Part shown: piece by piece, positions 1 to 11,232 of the stretch
Position numbering within the stretch: position 1 is the first letter of the stretch
Layout of the letters: the number at the start of each line of letters is the position of its first letter
From: Xylella taiwanensis
GTDB lineage: Bacteria; Pseudomonadota; Gammaproteobacteria; Xanthomonadales; Xanthomonadaceae
Length of the DNA stretch: 32,000 bases
Reading direction: 5' to 3'
Assembly: GCF_013177435.1 (NCBI RefSeq)
Contig: NZ_CP053627.1
Location: 270,001 to 302,000, forward strand
Made by a program: the position numbers and the translations under genes
The notes under the pieces: model-generated
The model's input: the letters and a program-made list of their open reading frames with translations, nothing else
The model's database searches: none
What the model was told of the DNA's origin: nothing

Positions 1-1
1 A

Positions 2-139
2 TTCGACATTCGTCATTTCCATGATGCGGTGTTGTAGCTGGGTTCGGTGCCGTTGCCGGTGGTGGAGGCAAGGATTGATCGTTTCATTACCGATGGTGGT
101 AAGTCTCCGTATCCGGACAGCGCTGCTGTGATGCATTAA
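2..139 (+). pseudogene. 3' end of a DUF885-like protein gene (5' part outside window) with an in-frame TAG at 35-37
   Basis: Frame 2 reads FDIRHFHDAVL*LGSVPLPVVEARIDRFITDGGKSPYPDSAAVMH*, with TAA at 137-139. The FHDxVLxxGxxPLxxLExxIxxxI pattern matches my memory of DUF885 C-termini. Similarity continues past the TAG. Confidence 0.4.
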
Positions 140-515
140 GCCTGATCTGCAGTTAAGTGTTTGCTTGTACTGATTGTTGTTGATGGATCTGTCTCAAGGT
201 GATCTGCATGCTGTTCCTGGTGGTGGCATTTTGATGATGTATCTGATGCAGGGCTGGGGTGCCGGTGCGAGGTGATGAGGTCTTGTTTGTTGCGATGATT
301 GTGATGGGGTGCAGCGTGTTGGATGTGTCGCCATCGGTTTTGCTGTGGGGTTGCTTGAAGACTTCGTGCTTCACGTTACTTAAGTTTTAGCAAGCAGTAA
401 AAATCATTCGGTGTTGCTGGTTGTCTGCAAGTCGTGATGGTGTTTTTGTTTTGAAATCTTTCGTATTGGTGCGGTCATGTCAGTTGTGCGCTGTACCAGG
501 ATCTTGATTGAGTGA

Positions 516-1730
<1,215 letters not shown>

Positions 1731-1852
1731 CTAAATTAGATGCCAGTTCTCATGGCATAATCGCAAGCTTATTGCCGCTGCGGCGGATCCAGAAAGTTGG
1801 GCATGTTTCCGTGTCCCGTCTACCAAATTTATGACCAGAGATGAAAATAACG

Positions 1853-2203
1853 ATGAACTTGCTTGATTTCTTCATTCCTGTTGCTCAGGCTCAGAGTGCG
1901 GCGCCGGCCGGTGCTTCACCCGGCGGGGGAATACAGATGTTTCTCTTGCCGGTCATTCTGATTGCGGTCATGTACTTTTCTATGATCCGTCCGCAGATGA
2001 AACGTCAGAAGGAGTACAAGTCCATGATGGAGCATCTCGGACGCGGCGATGAGGTGATCACTTCTGGGGGCATTGCTGGTACGGTGTCTGAGATTGGCGA
2101 GGATTTTGTGACTGTAGAGATCGCCGAGAACGTGCGTGTGCGTGTGCAAAAGAGTGCCATTGCTAAAGTGTTGCCCAAAGGCTCGTTGCAGTCGGCAAAA
2201 TGA
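1853..2203 (+). CDS. yajC: preprotein translocase subunit YajC
   Basis: ORF 1841..2203. It has one TM segment followed by RPQxKRxKExxxM and GDEVxTxGGIxGxV, then a C-terminal VLPKG, as in E. coli YajC. The ATG at 1853 (MNLLDFF) is preferred by resemblance to Xanthomonas N-termini; 1841 is also possible. Confidence 0.9.
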   Translation: MNLLDFFIPVAQAQSAAPAGASPGGGIQMFLLPVILIAVMYFSMIRPQMKRQKEYKSMMEHLGRGDEVITSGGIAGTVSEIGEDFVTVEIAENVRVRVQKSAIAKVLPKGSLQSAK

Positions 2204-2269
2204 TTTCCATCTCCTTACTGATTTTCCTAGGGCGCGGTGCTGCAGCTGGCGTCGCGCGAGACTTGCGCA

Positions 2270-4114
2270 ATGCTTGAATTCCCCCGCTGGAAGTACTTTG
2301 TCATTCTCCTTGTGCTTGTGTTGAGCACGCTTTACGCATTACCAAACGTCTACCAGAAAGATCCTTCCGTGCAGATTAACGCCAATCGAGGCGCCCAGAT
2401 CGACGATGCATTCCGTCAGCGGGTGATGGCTGATTTGGAAGCATCCGGGATTGTGCCCAAGGGCGTGACCAAGGAGGGAGAGAGTCTGATGGTGCGTTTG
2501 GCCTCATTGGAGGCACAGACCCGTGCCAGCGATGTGTTGCGGCAGAAGACGGGTGAGCATTACACCGTCGCATTGAATCTGGCTTCAACCGTGCCAAATT
2601 GGTTGGCTAAGTTGGGTGGGCGACCAATGGTTCTAGGTTTAGACTTGGTTGGCGGTGTGCATTTCGCGTTACAGGTGGATCAAAAGGCCGCCTTGGACAA
2701 ACGTATGGATGCCTTTGTCGAGGAGGTGCGTTCGACGTTGCGCAATAAGCGTATTGGTTTCCGAATGGTCGAGCGCCGTCCGGATAACACCATTCGAGTA
2801 ACTCTTAATGAAGACGTTGACGCCAATGACGTACGTACGGTGTTGCTTAAGGCGGAAGCGGGTTTGAGTTACTTGGTATCCGGCAATACTTTGATTGCTA
2901 GTCTTCCTGAGAATGAATTGCGCCAGATTACCAGTGGTGCGGTTGAGCAGAACTTGACGACACTGCGTAACCGCATCAACGAATTAGGCGTGGCCGAACC
3001 GATTATCCAACGCCAAGGCGATGATCGCATTGTGGTTGAGTTGCCTGGTGTGCAGGACACTGCTGAGGCTAAACGTCTGATCGGTGCTACCGCTACGCTA
3101 GAGTTTCGTGGTGTGGTCGACGGGGACGCATCTGAGGCAGTACGTACTGGGAATGTCCCGCCTGAGGCCAAGTTGTATTACATACGTGGTACCAATCATC
3201 CAGTGTTGTTGAACAAGCGTGTGATTGTTTCCGGTGACGAGATGGTGAATGCCACAGTCGGTGTTGATGAGAACGGCATGCCGGCTGTCAACGTCACTCT
3301 CAGTAACGCTGCTGGCCAGCGTATGCTGGACTACACCCAGCGCAACCTTTACAAACTCATGTCTGTGGTCTACATCGAGCGTATTCCGACCGTGACAATG
3401 GTTGATGGTAAGGAAGTGCGTGGTGTGCGAGTGAAGGAAGAGGCACTGTCCCCAACCCGGATTGCTGGTGTATTCGGCAAAAGCTTCCGCACGACTGGTC
3501 TGGAGAAAACCGAGGCTGAAAACCTGTCTAAATTGCTGCGCGCTGGTTCGCTGGCTGCACCGATGGATTTCGTTGAGGAATATGTGATTGGCCCTAGCTT
3601 GGGTGCTGAGAATGTAGAACGTGGCATTACTGCAGTGGTGTTTTCGTTCCTGTTCACATTGGTATTTTTCACCATCTATTACCGCATGTTTGGCCTGATC
3701 ACCTCGCTGGCATTGCTGTTTAATCTATTGATCGTGGTGGCGGTGATGTCTCTCTTCGGAGCCACCATGACCTTGCCCGGTTTCGCTGGATTGGCGCTCT
3801 CGGTTGGGTTATCGGTGGATGCTAACGTGCTTATCAACGAGCGTATCCGCGAGGAGTTGCGCCATGGGATGCCTCCGAGATCTGCGATTGTTGCTGGTTA
3901 CGAAAAGGCTGGTAGCACTATTCTCGATGCCAATTTGACCGGGTTGATTGTCGGTGTGGCGCTGTATGCTTTCGGAACTGGTCCACTGAAGGGTTTTGCG
4001 TTGACCATGATCATCGGGATTTTTGCCTCAATGTTCACCGCGATTACGGTTTCGCGCTCGCTTTCTGCACTGATTTACGGTACGCGCAAGAATCTCAAAT
4101 CTTTGGCTATCTGA
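2270..4114 (+). CDS. secD: protein translocase subunit SecD
   Basis: ORF 2237..4114. The ATG at 2270 gives MLEFPRWKYFVILLVL, a typical SecD N-terminal TM segment. LGLDLxGGVH, a large periplasmic domain and a C-terminal 6-TM block follow. It lies between yajC and secF. Confidence 0.95.
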   Translation: MLEFPRWKYFVILLVLVLSTLYALPNVYQKDPSVQINANRGAQIDDAFRQRVMADLEASGIVPKGVTKEGESLMVRLASLEAQTRASDVLRQKTGEHYTVALNLASTVPNWLAKLGGRPMVLGLDLVGGVHFALQVDQKAALDKRMDAFVEEVRSTLRNKRIGFRMVERRPDNTIRVTLNEDVDANDVRTVLLKAEAGLSYLVSGNTLIASLPENELRQITSGAVEQNLTTLRNRINELGVAEPIIQRQGDDRIVVELPGVQDTAEAKRLIGATATLEFRGVVDGDASEAVRTGNVPPEAKLYYIRGTNHPVLLNKRVIVSGDEMVNATVGVDENGMPAVNVTLSNAAGQRMLDYTQRNLYKLMSVVYIERIPTVTMVDGKEVRGVRVKEEALSPTRIAGVFGKSFRTTGLEKTEAENLSKLLRAGSLAAPMDFVEEYVIGPSLGAENVERGITAVVFSFLFTLVFFTIYYRMFGLITSLALLFNLLIVVAVMSLFGATMTLPGFAGLALSVGLSVDANVLINERIREELRHGMPPRSAIVAGYEKAGSTILDANLTGLIVGVALYAFGTGPLKGFALTMIIGIFASMFTAITVSRSLSALIYGTRKNLKSLAI

Positions 4115-4133
4115 CCGGGAAGAGAACGACATT

Positions 4134-5099
4134 ATGAAACTGTTTCCTTTGCATCTCATCCCGAATGACACCAAGATCGACTTCATGCGCTGGCGTAAAC
4201 TGACGTTGATGCTGATGTCGATGCTTTTTGTAATATCGGTCTTTGTTGTTGCCTTTAAGGGTTTTGATTACGCGTTGGAATTCACGGGCGGCACGCTGGC
4301 GCGTACTCAGTTCGCCAAGCCTGTGGACGCTGATCAGGTGCGTCAGCGGCTGGAGGCCGGCGGCTTTGGGAATGCACAAGTGCAGAGTGTCGGTGGCGGC
4401 AACGAGTTGCTTATTCGCCTGCAGCCGCATGGCGAGCATAACAATGATGACGTAGCCAAAAACACGGCCGAAGCGGTGCGTGAAGTGATGACGCTACCGG
4501 ATAATCCGGCAACGGTACAGCCCGGGGAATTCGTTGGTCCACAGGTCGGGAAGGATCTCGCGATGAATGGTGTATATGCGACGATCTTTATGCTTTTAGG
4601 CTTCTTGGTCTATATCGCGTTTCGGTTCGAGTGGAAGTTTGCGGTTGCGGCCAGTCTAACCGCGTTTTTCGATCTGATTCTGACGATCGCTTACATGTCG
4701 TTGCTCGGCCGCGAGTTCGACTTGACCATGCTGGCTGGCTTGCTGTCTGTGATGGGTTTTGCGATTAATGACATCATCGTGGTGTTCGACCGCGTGCGCG
4801 AGAACTTCCGTAGCCTGCGTGTGGAACCGTTGGAGGTATTGAACCGTTCGATCAACCAGACGCTATCCCGTACGTTGATCACCGCGGTCATGTTCTTTCT
4901 GTCGGCATTTGCCTTGTACCTATACGGGGGGCACTCGATGGAGGGTTTGGCTGAAACCCATATGGCCGGTGCAGTGATTGTGGTGGTGTCTTCGGTGATT
5001 ATGGCGGTACCGCTGTTAACCATTGGGCCTTTAAAGGTCAGCAAGCAAGATTTGCTGCCGAAGACGAAAGACGTGGAATCATTGGAGCGCCGTCCTTGA
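4134..5099 (+). CDS. secF: protein translocase subunit SecF
   Basis: A 321-aa ORF with the FMRWR... N-terminus, LEFTGGT, and a RND-like 6-TM core containing the INDxIVVFDRVRE motif. It follows secD by 19 nt. Confidence 0.95.
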   Translation: MKLFPLHLIPNDTKIDFMRWRKLTLMLMSMLFVISVFVVAFKGFDYALEFTGGTLARTQFAKPVDADQVRQRLEAGGFGNAQVQSVGGGNELLIRLQPHGEHNNDDVAKNTAEAVREVMTLPDNPATVQPGEFVGPQVGKDLAMNGVYATIFMLLGFLVYIAFRFEWKFAVAASLTAFFDLILTIAYMSLLGREFDLTMLAGLLSVMGFAINDIIVVFDRVRENFRSLRVEPLEVLNRSINQTLSRTLITAVMFFLSAFALYLYGGHSMEGLAETHMAGAVIVVVSSVIMAVPLLTIGPLKVSKQDLLPKTKDVESLERRP

Positions 5100-5259
5100 T
5101 GATCTTCTCTATCACTTCTATATGTGGCCTGTGGCAGGGTAGCTTACCTGTCAGGCGAAGTTCTCACTTTGCCGGGACTGTCCGTGGAGCCGTTATAGCA
5201 GTCGCAACGCTGCTTGATGCCATAGCTTTAGGTGGTTTGGGGTGTTTTAAGCCATGATT

Positions 5260-5334
5260 TGGCGCTCCCTAGGGGGCTCGAACCCCTGTTTTAGCCTTGA
5301 GAGGGCCATGTCCTAACCGCTAGACGAAGGGAGC
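5260..5334 (-). tRNA. tRNA-Glu, anticodon CUC
   Basis: The reverse complement is GCTCCCTTCGTCTAGCGGTTAGGACATGGCCCTCTCAAGGCTAAAACAGGGGTTCGAGCCCCCTAGGGAGCGCCA. It folds as a cloverleaf with a 7-bp acceptor stem, a TTCGAGC T-loop and the anticodon loop CT-CTC-AA. CCA is encoded. It is close to E. coli tRNA-Glu. Confidence 0.93.
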
Positions 5335-5360
5335 ATTGGTCAGTCCGATGAAGGCCCGTT

Positions 5361-5389
5361 AATATAAAAGCGCATTCGCCTGAAGGCAA
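5361..5389 (-). promoter_or_regulatory. candidate sigma70 promoter for tRNA-Glu
   Basis: The minus strand reads TTGCCT, a 17-nt spacer, then TATATT. The -10 hexamer ends 26 nt upstream of the tRNA 5' end. Confidence 0.4.
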
Positions 5390-5415
5390 CTGAATATCTA
5401 GGGGCACTATCGTTC

Positions 5416-6684
5416 ATGCTTTGCGTCGTACCGCGTGAACAGCATACGATTTCACGTAAGGACATTAGTCCCAATGCTTTGCGCGTGTTGTACCGCCTGC
5501 GTGAAGCTGGTTTCGGTGCGTACTTGGTTGGCGGTGCGGTTCGTGATTTGCTGGTAGGCGGTCATCCCAAGGATTTCGACGTAGCCACCGACGCAACACC
5601 CGAGCAGGTCAAGCAGCTGTTCCGCAGTTGTCGTTTGATTGGTCGCCGCTTCCGTTTGGCGCATGTGGTTTTCGGACCTGAGATTATTGAGGTGGCTACC
5701 TTCCGTGCTAACAGTGATGATGGAAGTGGTGATCGTGAGCTGGAGAATGGCCGTTTAGTGCGTGACAACGTCTATGGCTCGATTGAGGACGATGCGATCC
5801 GTCGTGATTTCACCTGCAATGCGCTTTACTACACCATCGAAGATTTTTCAGTGCGCGACTACGTCGGTGGCTTCGAAGATGTCCAGTCCCGGTTGATGAG
5901 ATTGATTGGCGATCCAGTGCGACGTTACCAGGAGGATCCGGTGCGCATGCTACGTGCGGTGCGTTTAGCGGCTAAGCTCGGTTTCGAGATTGAGATCGGT
6001 ACCGCCGAACCAATTCCGCGTATGGCTGGGTTGCTGGTCGACGTGGCACCAGCCCGCTTGTTTGAGGAAGTGCTCAAACTGTTTCTCTCAGGACATGCTG
6101 TGGCGAGCTTCGAGGCCTTGGAGAACTTTGGTCTGATTGATGTGTTGTTTCCCGAAAGTGTTAAAGCATTGCGTGCTAACCGTAGTGGTGCATTGCGGCG
6201 CATATTGATCGAAGGACTGAGGAGTACTGATAAACGGGTGACTAACGATGAACCGGTGTCGCCGGCATTCTTGTTTGCATTGCTACTATGGCCTGGTTTC
6301 TGCCGCGCGCTGGTCACTCTGCAATCGCAGGGTGTGCAGCCAGAGGAAGCGCAACGTCGTGCAGCTGATCGGGTGACACTGCATCATCTTGAGCGCGTAG
6401 CTTTGCCGCGCCGCTTTTCTCTGCCGATGCAAGAGATCTGGCTGCTGCAGAACCGTTTTACTTCACGCAATCGTAAGCGCGTGTTCCGGCTTCTGGAGCA
6501 TCCACGCTTCCGTGCGGCCTTCGATTTCCTGGTGCTGCGCTTGGCGGCTTCTCCGGAGCATGCTGTAGATGTGGAATTTTGGCGTGCGGTACAGCACTGT
6601 TCCGAAGACGGTCTGGTCTCGGCGATTGATGCTGTGCAGGCTGAATTGGATGAAACGGGTGTGTCGCGTAAGCGTCGATGCTGA
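5416..6684 (+). CDS. pcnB: poly(A) polymerase I
   Basis: VVPREQHTISRKDISPNALRVLYRL..GGAVRDLL.G..PKDFDV.T.ATPEQV..LF..CRLIGRRFRLAHV.FGPEIIEVATFR is nearly collinear with E. coli PcnB. The start is uncertain (see finding). Confidence 0.93.
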   Translation: MLCVVPREQHTISRKDISPNALRVLYRLREAGFGAYLVGGAVRDLLVGGHPKDFDVATDATPEQVKQLFRSCRLIGRRFRLAHVVFGPEIIEVATFRANSDDGSGDRELENGRLVRDNVYGSIEDDAIRRDFTCNALYYTIEDFSVRDYVGGFEDVQSRLMRLIGDPVRRYQEDPVRMLRAVRLAAKLGFEIEIGTAEPIPRMAGLLVDVAPARLFEEVLKLFLSGHAVASFEALENFGLIDVLFPESVKALRANRSGALRRILIEGLRSTDKRVTNDEPVSPAFLFALLLWPGFCRALVTLQSQGVQPEEAQRRAADRVTLHHLERVALPRRFSLPMQEIWLLQNRFTSRNRKRVFRLLEHPRFRAAFDFLVLRLAASPEHAVDVEFWRAVQHCSEDGLVSAIDAVQAELDETGVSRKRRC

Positions 6685-6698
6685 CGTAGTCAAGTAGA

Positions 6699-7196
6699 GT
6701 GATGATGGGCAATGTAGTGGCTTATGTTGGGTTAGGTGCCAATCTCGGCCCTGTTGAGATGACGTTGCGAGCCGCAATTGCCGCGTTCGATGAGTTGCCG
6801 TTGACCCGACTACGTACTGTTTCCAGGTTATATCGTACCCCCCCCTGGGGGCGCGAGGATCAGGCGGAATTTGTTAATGCAGTTGCAGCGTTGGACACAA
6901 GGTTAGCGCCTTTGGCCTTGCTGGATGCGTTGCTGGCGCTTGAGCATCTTCACGGGAGAGTGCGCCTTCCTGGCGACCGTTGGGGGCCGCGCACCCTTGA
7001 TCTTGATTTGTTGCTTTATGGGGAACAGGTTTTGGAGCTGCCCCGACTGAGCGTGCCTCATCCCCATCTACATGAACGTGCGTTTGTGGTGGTACCTTTG
7101 GCTGAAATTGCTGCGGAGTTGGTTCTTCCTCACCACGGGATGGTATGTGACCTACGGGAGAATATGGATACCTGTGGCTTGGTACCAATCAGGTAG
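6699..7196 (+). CDS. folK: 2-amino-4-hydroxy-6-hydroxymethyldihydropteridine pyrophosphokinase
   Basis: [10 protein letters not shown]...YRTPPWG..DQ..F.NAV..L.T...P..LL...L.LE...GR.R...[15 protein letters not shown] matches E. coli FolK. The pcnB-folK adjacency is as in E. coli. The start may be the GTG at 6699 or the ATG at 6702 or 6705. Confidence 0.93.
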   Translation: MMMGNVVAYVGLGANLGPVEMTLRAAIAAFDELPLTRLRTVSRLYRTPPWGREDQAEFVNAVAALDTRLAPLALLDALLALEHLHGRVRLPGDRWGPRTLDLDLLLYGEQVLELPRLSVPHPHLHERAFVVVPLAEIAAELVLPHHGMVCDLRENMDTCGLVPIR

Positions 7197-7228
7197 ATAA
7201 TACCCGCTTATTAGTCTTTAATGAATTT

Positions 7229-8047
7229 ATGAGCATGTATACCAACAGCAAACCGTGGACTGTGCCCGCTTTGGCCGAGGCCAAGCGAAACGGCTGTAAA
7301 ATCGTTATGTTGACTGCTTATGATGCAGGGTTTGCTCGTATTCTTGACACCAACGGTGTAGACCTAGTGCTTGTCGGGGATTCCTTGGGCATGGTAGTGC
7401 AGGGCCATGACTCGACTCTTCCGGTGAGTGTGCATGACATGGTTTACCACACGACTTGCGTGGCCCGGGGGTTACGTCAAGCATTGTTGATGGTTGATCT
7501 GCCATTTCAGGCTGATGCGTCGCCGGAACGTGCGTTGGAGGCTGCCACCGCATTATTGCAGGTAGGGGCACAGATGATCAAAATCGAAGGTGCTGGGCAC
7601 AAGCTGGATGTTATTCGTTACTTGGTTGAGCGTGAGATCCCGGTGTGTTCGCACTTGGGGCTGACGCCGCAATCGGTACTTCGTTTTGGAGGTTATAAGG
7701 TGCAAGGGCGTGGCGAGGAGGCTGGTGGGCGGTTGCGTGCCGAGGCACGTGCAGTGGTGGAAGCCGGTGCTGACATGTTGTTATTGGAATGCGTGCCGTC
7801 GCCGTTGGCGGCACAGATCAGTGCCGAATCCCTGGTGCCGACCATTGGTATTGGTGCCGGTGCTGGTTGTGATGGCCAAGTGTTGGTGCTACATGATCTT
7901 CTCGGCCTAGATAGCGGTCGCCGCCGACCTAAATTTGTTAAAGATTTCCTGGGTGATGGGGGATCGGTTGCTGGCGCGGTTCGTGCCTATGCTAATGCAG
8001 TTCGAGACGGCTCGTTTCCAGACGTCGAATATAGCTACACATCGTGA
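7229..8047 (+). CDS. panB: 3-methyl-2-oxobutanoate hydroxymethyltransferase
   Basis: MLTAYD..FA......[22 protein letters not shown]...DM.YHT...LGLTPQSV...GGYKVQGRG matches E. coli PanB. Confidence 0.96.
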   Translation: MSMYTNSKPWTVPALAEAKRNGCKIVMLTAYDAGFARILDTNGVDLVLVGDSLGMVVQGHDSTLPVSVHDMVYHTTCVARGLRQALLMVDLPFQADASPERALEAATALLQVGAQMIKIEGAGHKLDVIRYLVEREIPVCSHLGLTPQSVLRFGGYKVQGRGEEAGGRLRAEARAVVEAGADMLLLECVPSPLAAQISAESLVPTIGIGAGAGCDGQVLVLHDLLGLDSGRRRPKFVKDFLGDGGSVAGAVRAYANAVRDGSFPDVEYSYTS

Positions 8048-8889
8048 TTGAGACCGTTACTGATGTGCCCAGGCTGCGAGGGATTGTGGCTGATTGGAGA
8101 CGCCAGGGCTTGCGGGTCGCTCTGGTGCCTACCATGGGTAATTTGCATTCTGGCCATTTTTCATTGGTTATGCTGGCCCGCCAATGTGCTGATCGCGTGG
8201 TGTCCAGTGTGTTTGTCAATCCGACGCAGTTCGGTCCCCACGAGGATTTTCTGCGTTACCCGCGAACACCCGAGGCTGACATGCGTGGTCTAGAGAAGGC
8301 CGGTTGCGATGTCTTGTGGTTGCCCAGCGTAGGGACGATGTACCCGTTGGGTACTGAACGGACGATAAGTATGTGTGTCCCGTGTGTTGGTGAAGTGTTG
8401 GAGGAGGTGTTTCGCCCTAGGCACTTTGAGGGTGTTTGCACGGTAGTGGCACGATTGTTTAATCAGGTGCTGCCGGACGTGGCCGTGTTCGGAAAGAAGG
8501 ACTATCAGCAATTACTGGTGATCCGACAGATGGTGGTTGACTTGGCGTTTCCCATCGAGATTCTTGGTGGTGGTATCGTGCGTGAGTCCGATGGACTGGC
8601 GATGAGTTCGCGTAATCAGTATCTATCGATGCAGGAACGGCAGCAGGCCGCAGAGATTTATCGTACCCTGATAGCGATGCGCGATGCCGTACTGTCCGGT
8701 GGTGTACGCGCAGATGTCGAAGCCGAAGCCGTTCGGCGTTTGGAAGCAGCTGGGTTCCAAGTTGACTATGCGGTAATCCGCTTGTCTGATCTGGGTGAAA
8801 TCGTTGAGGAGACCGCTGTCAGTCCGTGCATCGCACTTGTTGCTGCACGTTTGGGTAACACCCGTCTGATCGATAATCTTGAGTTCTGA
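8044..8889 (+). CDS. panC: pantoate--beta-alanine ligase
   Basis: [14 protein letters not shown]...A......VV.S.FVNP.QF...EDF..YPRT and FG.KDYQQL..IR.MV.DL...I......RE.DGLA.SSRN.YL match PanC. The GTG start overlaps the panB stop (GTGA), which suggests translational coupling. Confidence 0.95.
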   Translation: MIETVTDVPRLRGIVADWRRQGLRVALVPTMGNLHSGHFSLVMLARQCADRVVSSVFVNPTQFGPHEDFLRYPRTPEADMRGLEKAGCDVLWLPSVGTMYPLGTERTISMCVPCVGEVLEEVFRPRHFEGVCTVVARLFNQVLPDVAVFGKKDYQQLLVIRQMVVDLAFPIEILGGGIVRESDGLAMSSRNQYLSMQERQQAAEIYRTLIAMRDAVLSGGVRADVEAEAVRRLEAAGFQVDYAVIRLSDLGEIVEETAVSPCIALVAARLGNTRLIDNLEF

Positions 8890-8973
8890 TAATACGTTCC
8901 GAAACAATTGTTACCATGCCCAGGTATCTGTTCATTGGCTACAATCACTTTCCTTACTTTAGCTTCGTTTCCC

Positions 8974-9354
8974 ATGCAACTGTCCTTGCTTAAAGCTAAA
9001 ATCCACCGTGCCACTGTTACCCATTCCGAGCTCAACTACGAAGGGTCGATCGCAATCGACGGATTACTGCTGGAAGCCACCGGTATCCATGCATTTGAGA
9101 AAGTCCACGTCTGGGATGTGACTAATGGTGCCCGCTTCACTACTTACGCAATCCGTGCCGAGAATGGCAGCGGCATTATCTCAGTGAACGGAGGCGCTGC
9201 GCGTTACGTGCAAGTTGGAGATGCGGTGATCATTGCTGCGTTTGCGCATATGAGTGAGCAAGAGGCGGCAATTTTCAGCCCGAATCTGGTATACGTCGAT
9301 GCTGCCAATGCGATTACTCATACCAACCGTAGTATTCCGACACAGGCTGCATGA
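8974..9354 (+). CDS. panD: aspartate 1-decarboxylase proenzyme
   Basis: ORF 8908..9354. The ATG at 8974 gives [30 protein letters not shown], which contains the Gly-Ser self-cleavage site. It is about 126 aa and collinear with E. coli PanD. Confidence 0.95.
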   Translation: MQLSLLKAKIHRATVTHSELNYEGSIAIDGLLLEATGIHAFEKVHVWDVTNGARFTTYAIRAENGSGIISVNGGAARYVQVGDAVIIAAFAHMSEQEAAIFSPNLVYVDAANAITHTNRSIPTQAA

Positions 9355-9357
9355 CAC

Positions 9358-10866
9358 ATGCATAACGGATTTGATGCCTTGCGGTTTCATGCCGAACGTC
9401 TGCGTGGGGTGACGATTCCAGATCTGCTTGCCGCTGAGCTAGAAAGACCAGAGCAATATGCTAGGCAGGTCGGTCCGCTGTACTTCAACTTTGCGCGGCA
9501 GAAATATGACTGTGTGGCGTTGGAGGCGCTGTTCGCATTGGCTCAACAGCATAATGTGACTGACGCATTCCAGCGCCTATTTTGTGGTGAGCAGGTCAAC
9601 GTGACCGAGGGGCGTGCCGTGCTGCATACCGCGCTGCGTGGTGATTTCAGTGATGCTTCGGTGGCGGTTGAGGCTCACGCGATTGCTACCAAGGTGCGTG
9701 AGCGGATGTACTCGCTGATTGCGCAGCTGGAGGCTAGCGAGGTTACCGATATTGTTAGCGTTGGCATTGGTGGTTCAGACCTTGGGCCACGTTTGGTGGT
9801 TGATGCGTTGCGTCCGATTCCCCAAGGACGTTTTCGAGTGCATTTCGTCTCTAATGTTGATGGTGCGGCGATGCGGCGCACATTGGATCTCTTGGATCCA
9901 GCACGTACTGCTGGCATTTTGATTTCCAAGACCTTCGGTACTCAGGAGACGTTGCTCAACGGCCGTATTCTCTACGATTGGTTAGGTGGTAGCGAGCGTT
10001 TATATGCGGTAAGTGCTAATCCGGAACGGGCCGCAAATACTTTTGACATTGTGCCCATGCAGGTGTTGCCAATCTGGGATTGGGTGGGTGGACGTTATTC
10101 GCTATGGTCGGCAGTCGGTTTCCCGGTTGCGTTGGCGATCGGTTTCCTGCGTTTTGAGCAGTTGCTGACCGGTGCAGCAGAGTTTGATGAGCATGTCCTG
10201 AGGGCGCCTTTAGAAGAAAATGTGGCGGTATTGCATGGTTTGACTGCGGTGTGGAACCGCAACTTCCTTGGCTGCACCACGTATGCGGTGATGGCTTATG
10301 ACCAGCGTTTGGCGTTGCTCCCTGCTTACCTGCAGCAACTTGTGATGGAAAGTTTGGGTAAGCGGGTCAAGTGTGACGGCACGCCGGTGGATAGGGATAC
10401 GGTTCCAGTCTGGTGGGGCGGTGTAGGTACTGATGTGCAGCATAGTTTCTTCCAAGCGTTGCATCAGGGGACTAATATCGTACCGACCGACTTTATCGGT
10501 ACTATCCGTAATGATGATCCCTACACTGAGAGCCATTTTGCTTTGAATGCAAACCTTCTGGCTCAGACCGAGGCACTAGCGAACGGTCAGTTCAGTGATG
10601 ATCCGCATCGTGTTTATGCAGGAGGGAATCCGAGTACGCTGATTCTGCTCGACGCATTGACCCCACGGGCATTGGGGGCACTGATTGCTATGTACGAGCA
10701 TAGTGTGTACGTGCAGTCAGTGATTTGGGGCATTAATGCGTTTGATCAGTTCGGTGTGGAACTAGGAAAGCGTCTAGCAGTTCAATTACTACCTGCCTTA
10801 CAGGGGGATAGTGCTGAAGTTGCTGATCCAGTGACGCGTGCAGTGCTGGCACGTTTGCGTGGCTGA
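9358..10866 (+). CDS. pgi: glucose-6-phosphate isomerase
   Basis: A 502-aa ORF with the PGI signatures [29 protein letters not shown] and IN.FDQ.GVELGK. It starts 4 nt after the panD stop. Confidence 0.95.
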   Translation: MHNGFDALRFHAERLRGVTIPDLLAAELERPEQYARQVGPLYFNFARQKYDCVALEALFALAQQHNVTDAFQRLFCGEQVNVTEGRAVLHTALRGDFSDASVAVEAHAIATKVRERMYSLIAQLEASEVTDIVSVGIGGSDLGPRLVVDALRPIPQGRFRVHFVSNVDGAAMRRTLDLLDPARTAGILISKTFGTQETLLNGRILYDWLGGSERLYAVSANPERAANTFDIVPMQVLPIWDWVGGRYSLWSAVGFPVALAIGFLRFEQLLTGAAEFDEHVLRAPLEENVAVLHGLTAVWNRNFLGCTTYAVMAYDQRLALLPAYLQQLVMESLGKRVKCDGTPVDRDTVPVWWGGVGTDVQHSFFQALHQGTNIVPTDFIGTIRNDDPYTESHFALNANLLAQTEALANGQFSDDPHRVYAGGNPSTLILLDALTPRALGALIAMYEHSVYVQSVIWGINAFDQFGVELGKRLAVQLLPALQGDSAEVADPVTRAVLARLRG

Positions 10867-10917
10867 GTGTGTATCGAGGTTTTGAGTTTTGATGTGAGTT
10901 GCGATCCTGGGTTTTCA

Positions 10918-11232
10918 CGTTGGGTCTTCTTTACATGGTGGCGATAATATAAATGCATTAATCAAGTGGATGATCAAAGCAATCCAGAAATTCTGCGGAG
11001 TAGCGCACGTTCTGTTTTTGCGATGTGTTAATGCATTAGCAATGCCACAAGATATTGTTTGAGCCTTGAAAAGGCGATGTTTGATCGGATGCTGTCTTTT
11101 GTAAAGCTGACGAACGATAGCCGCTTGGGTACTTAAGTGTCGATTCGATGGAAATGGTGATCGTGTGTCTGCGTCTTTTAACGCCTTGGTGGTTTCTGTG
11201 TGGATATCGTAAGTGTGATTGATGTAAGCACA
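10918..11232 (-). pseudogene. possible second DDE-transposase C-terminal relic: a stop-free frame with no usable start
   Basis: On the minus strand a 105-codon stop-free frame reads ...AAIVRQLYKRQHPIKHRLFKAQTISCGIANALTHRKNRTCATPQNFWIALIIHLINAF... It loosely fits the IS4/IS5-type C-terminal pattern YK.R..IE..F...K...G......G.........A.NL. There is no ATG or GTG. The assignment is weak. Confidence 0.3.

Noticed and set aside
5100-5259. Imperfect inverted repeats after secF (GCCTG...CAGGC around 5132-5160 and AGCAG-tcgcaacg-CTGCT around 5198-5215) considered as terminators for secF or for the convergent tRNA-Glu.
   Set aside because: The stems are only 5 bp and lack flanking U-tracts on either strand, so they are not strong enough to annotate.
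10952-11038. Two AATGCATT-core palindromes, at 10952-10959 and at 11029-11038 (TAATGCATTA), 77 bp apart near the end of the second transposase relic.
   Set aside because: Short A+T-rich palindromes are expected by chance in this composition. They do not resemble the terminal inverted repeats of a mobile element.
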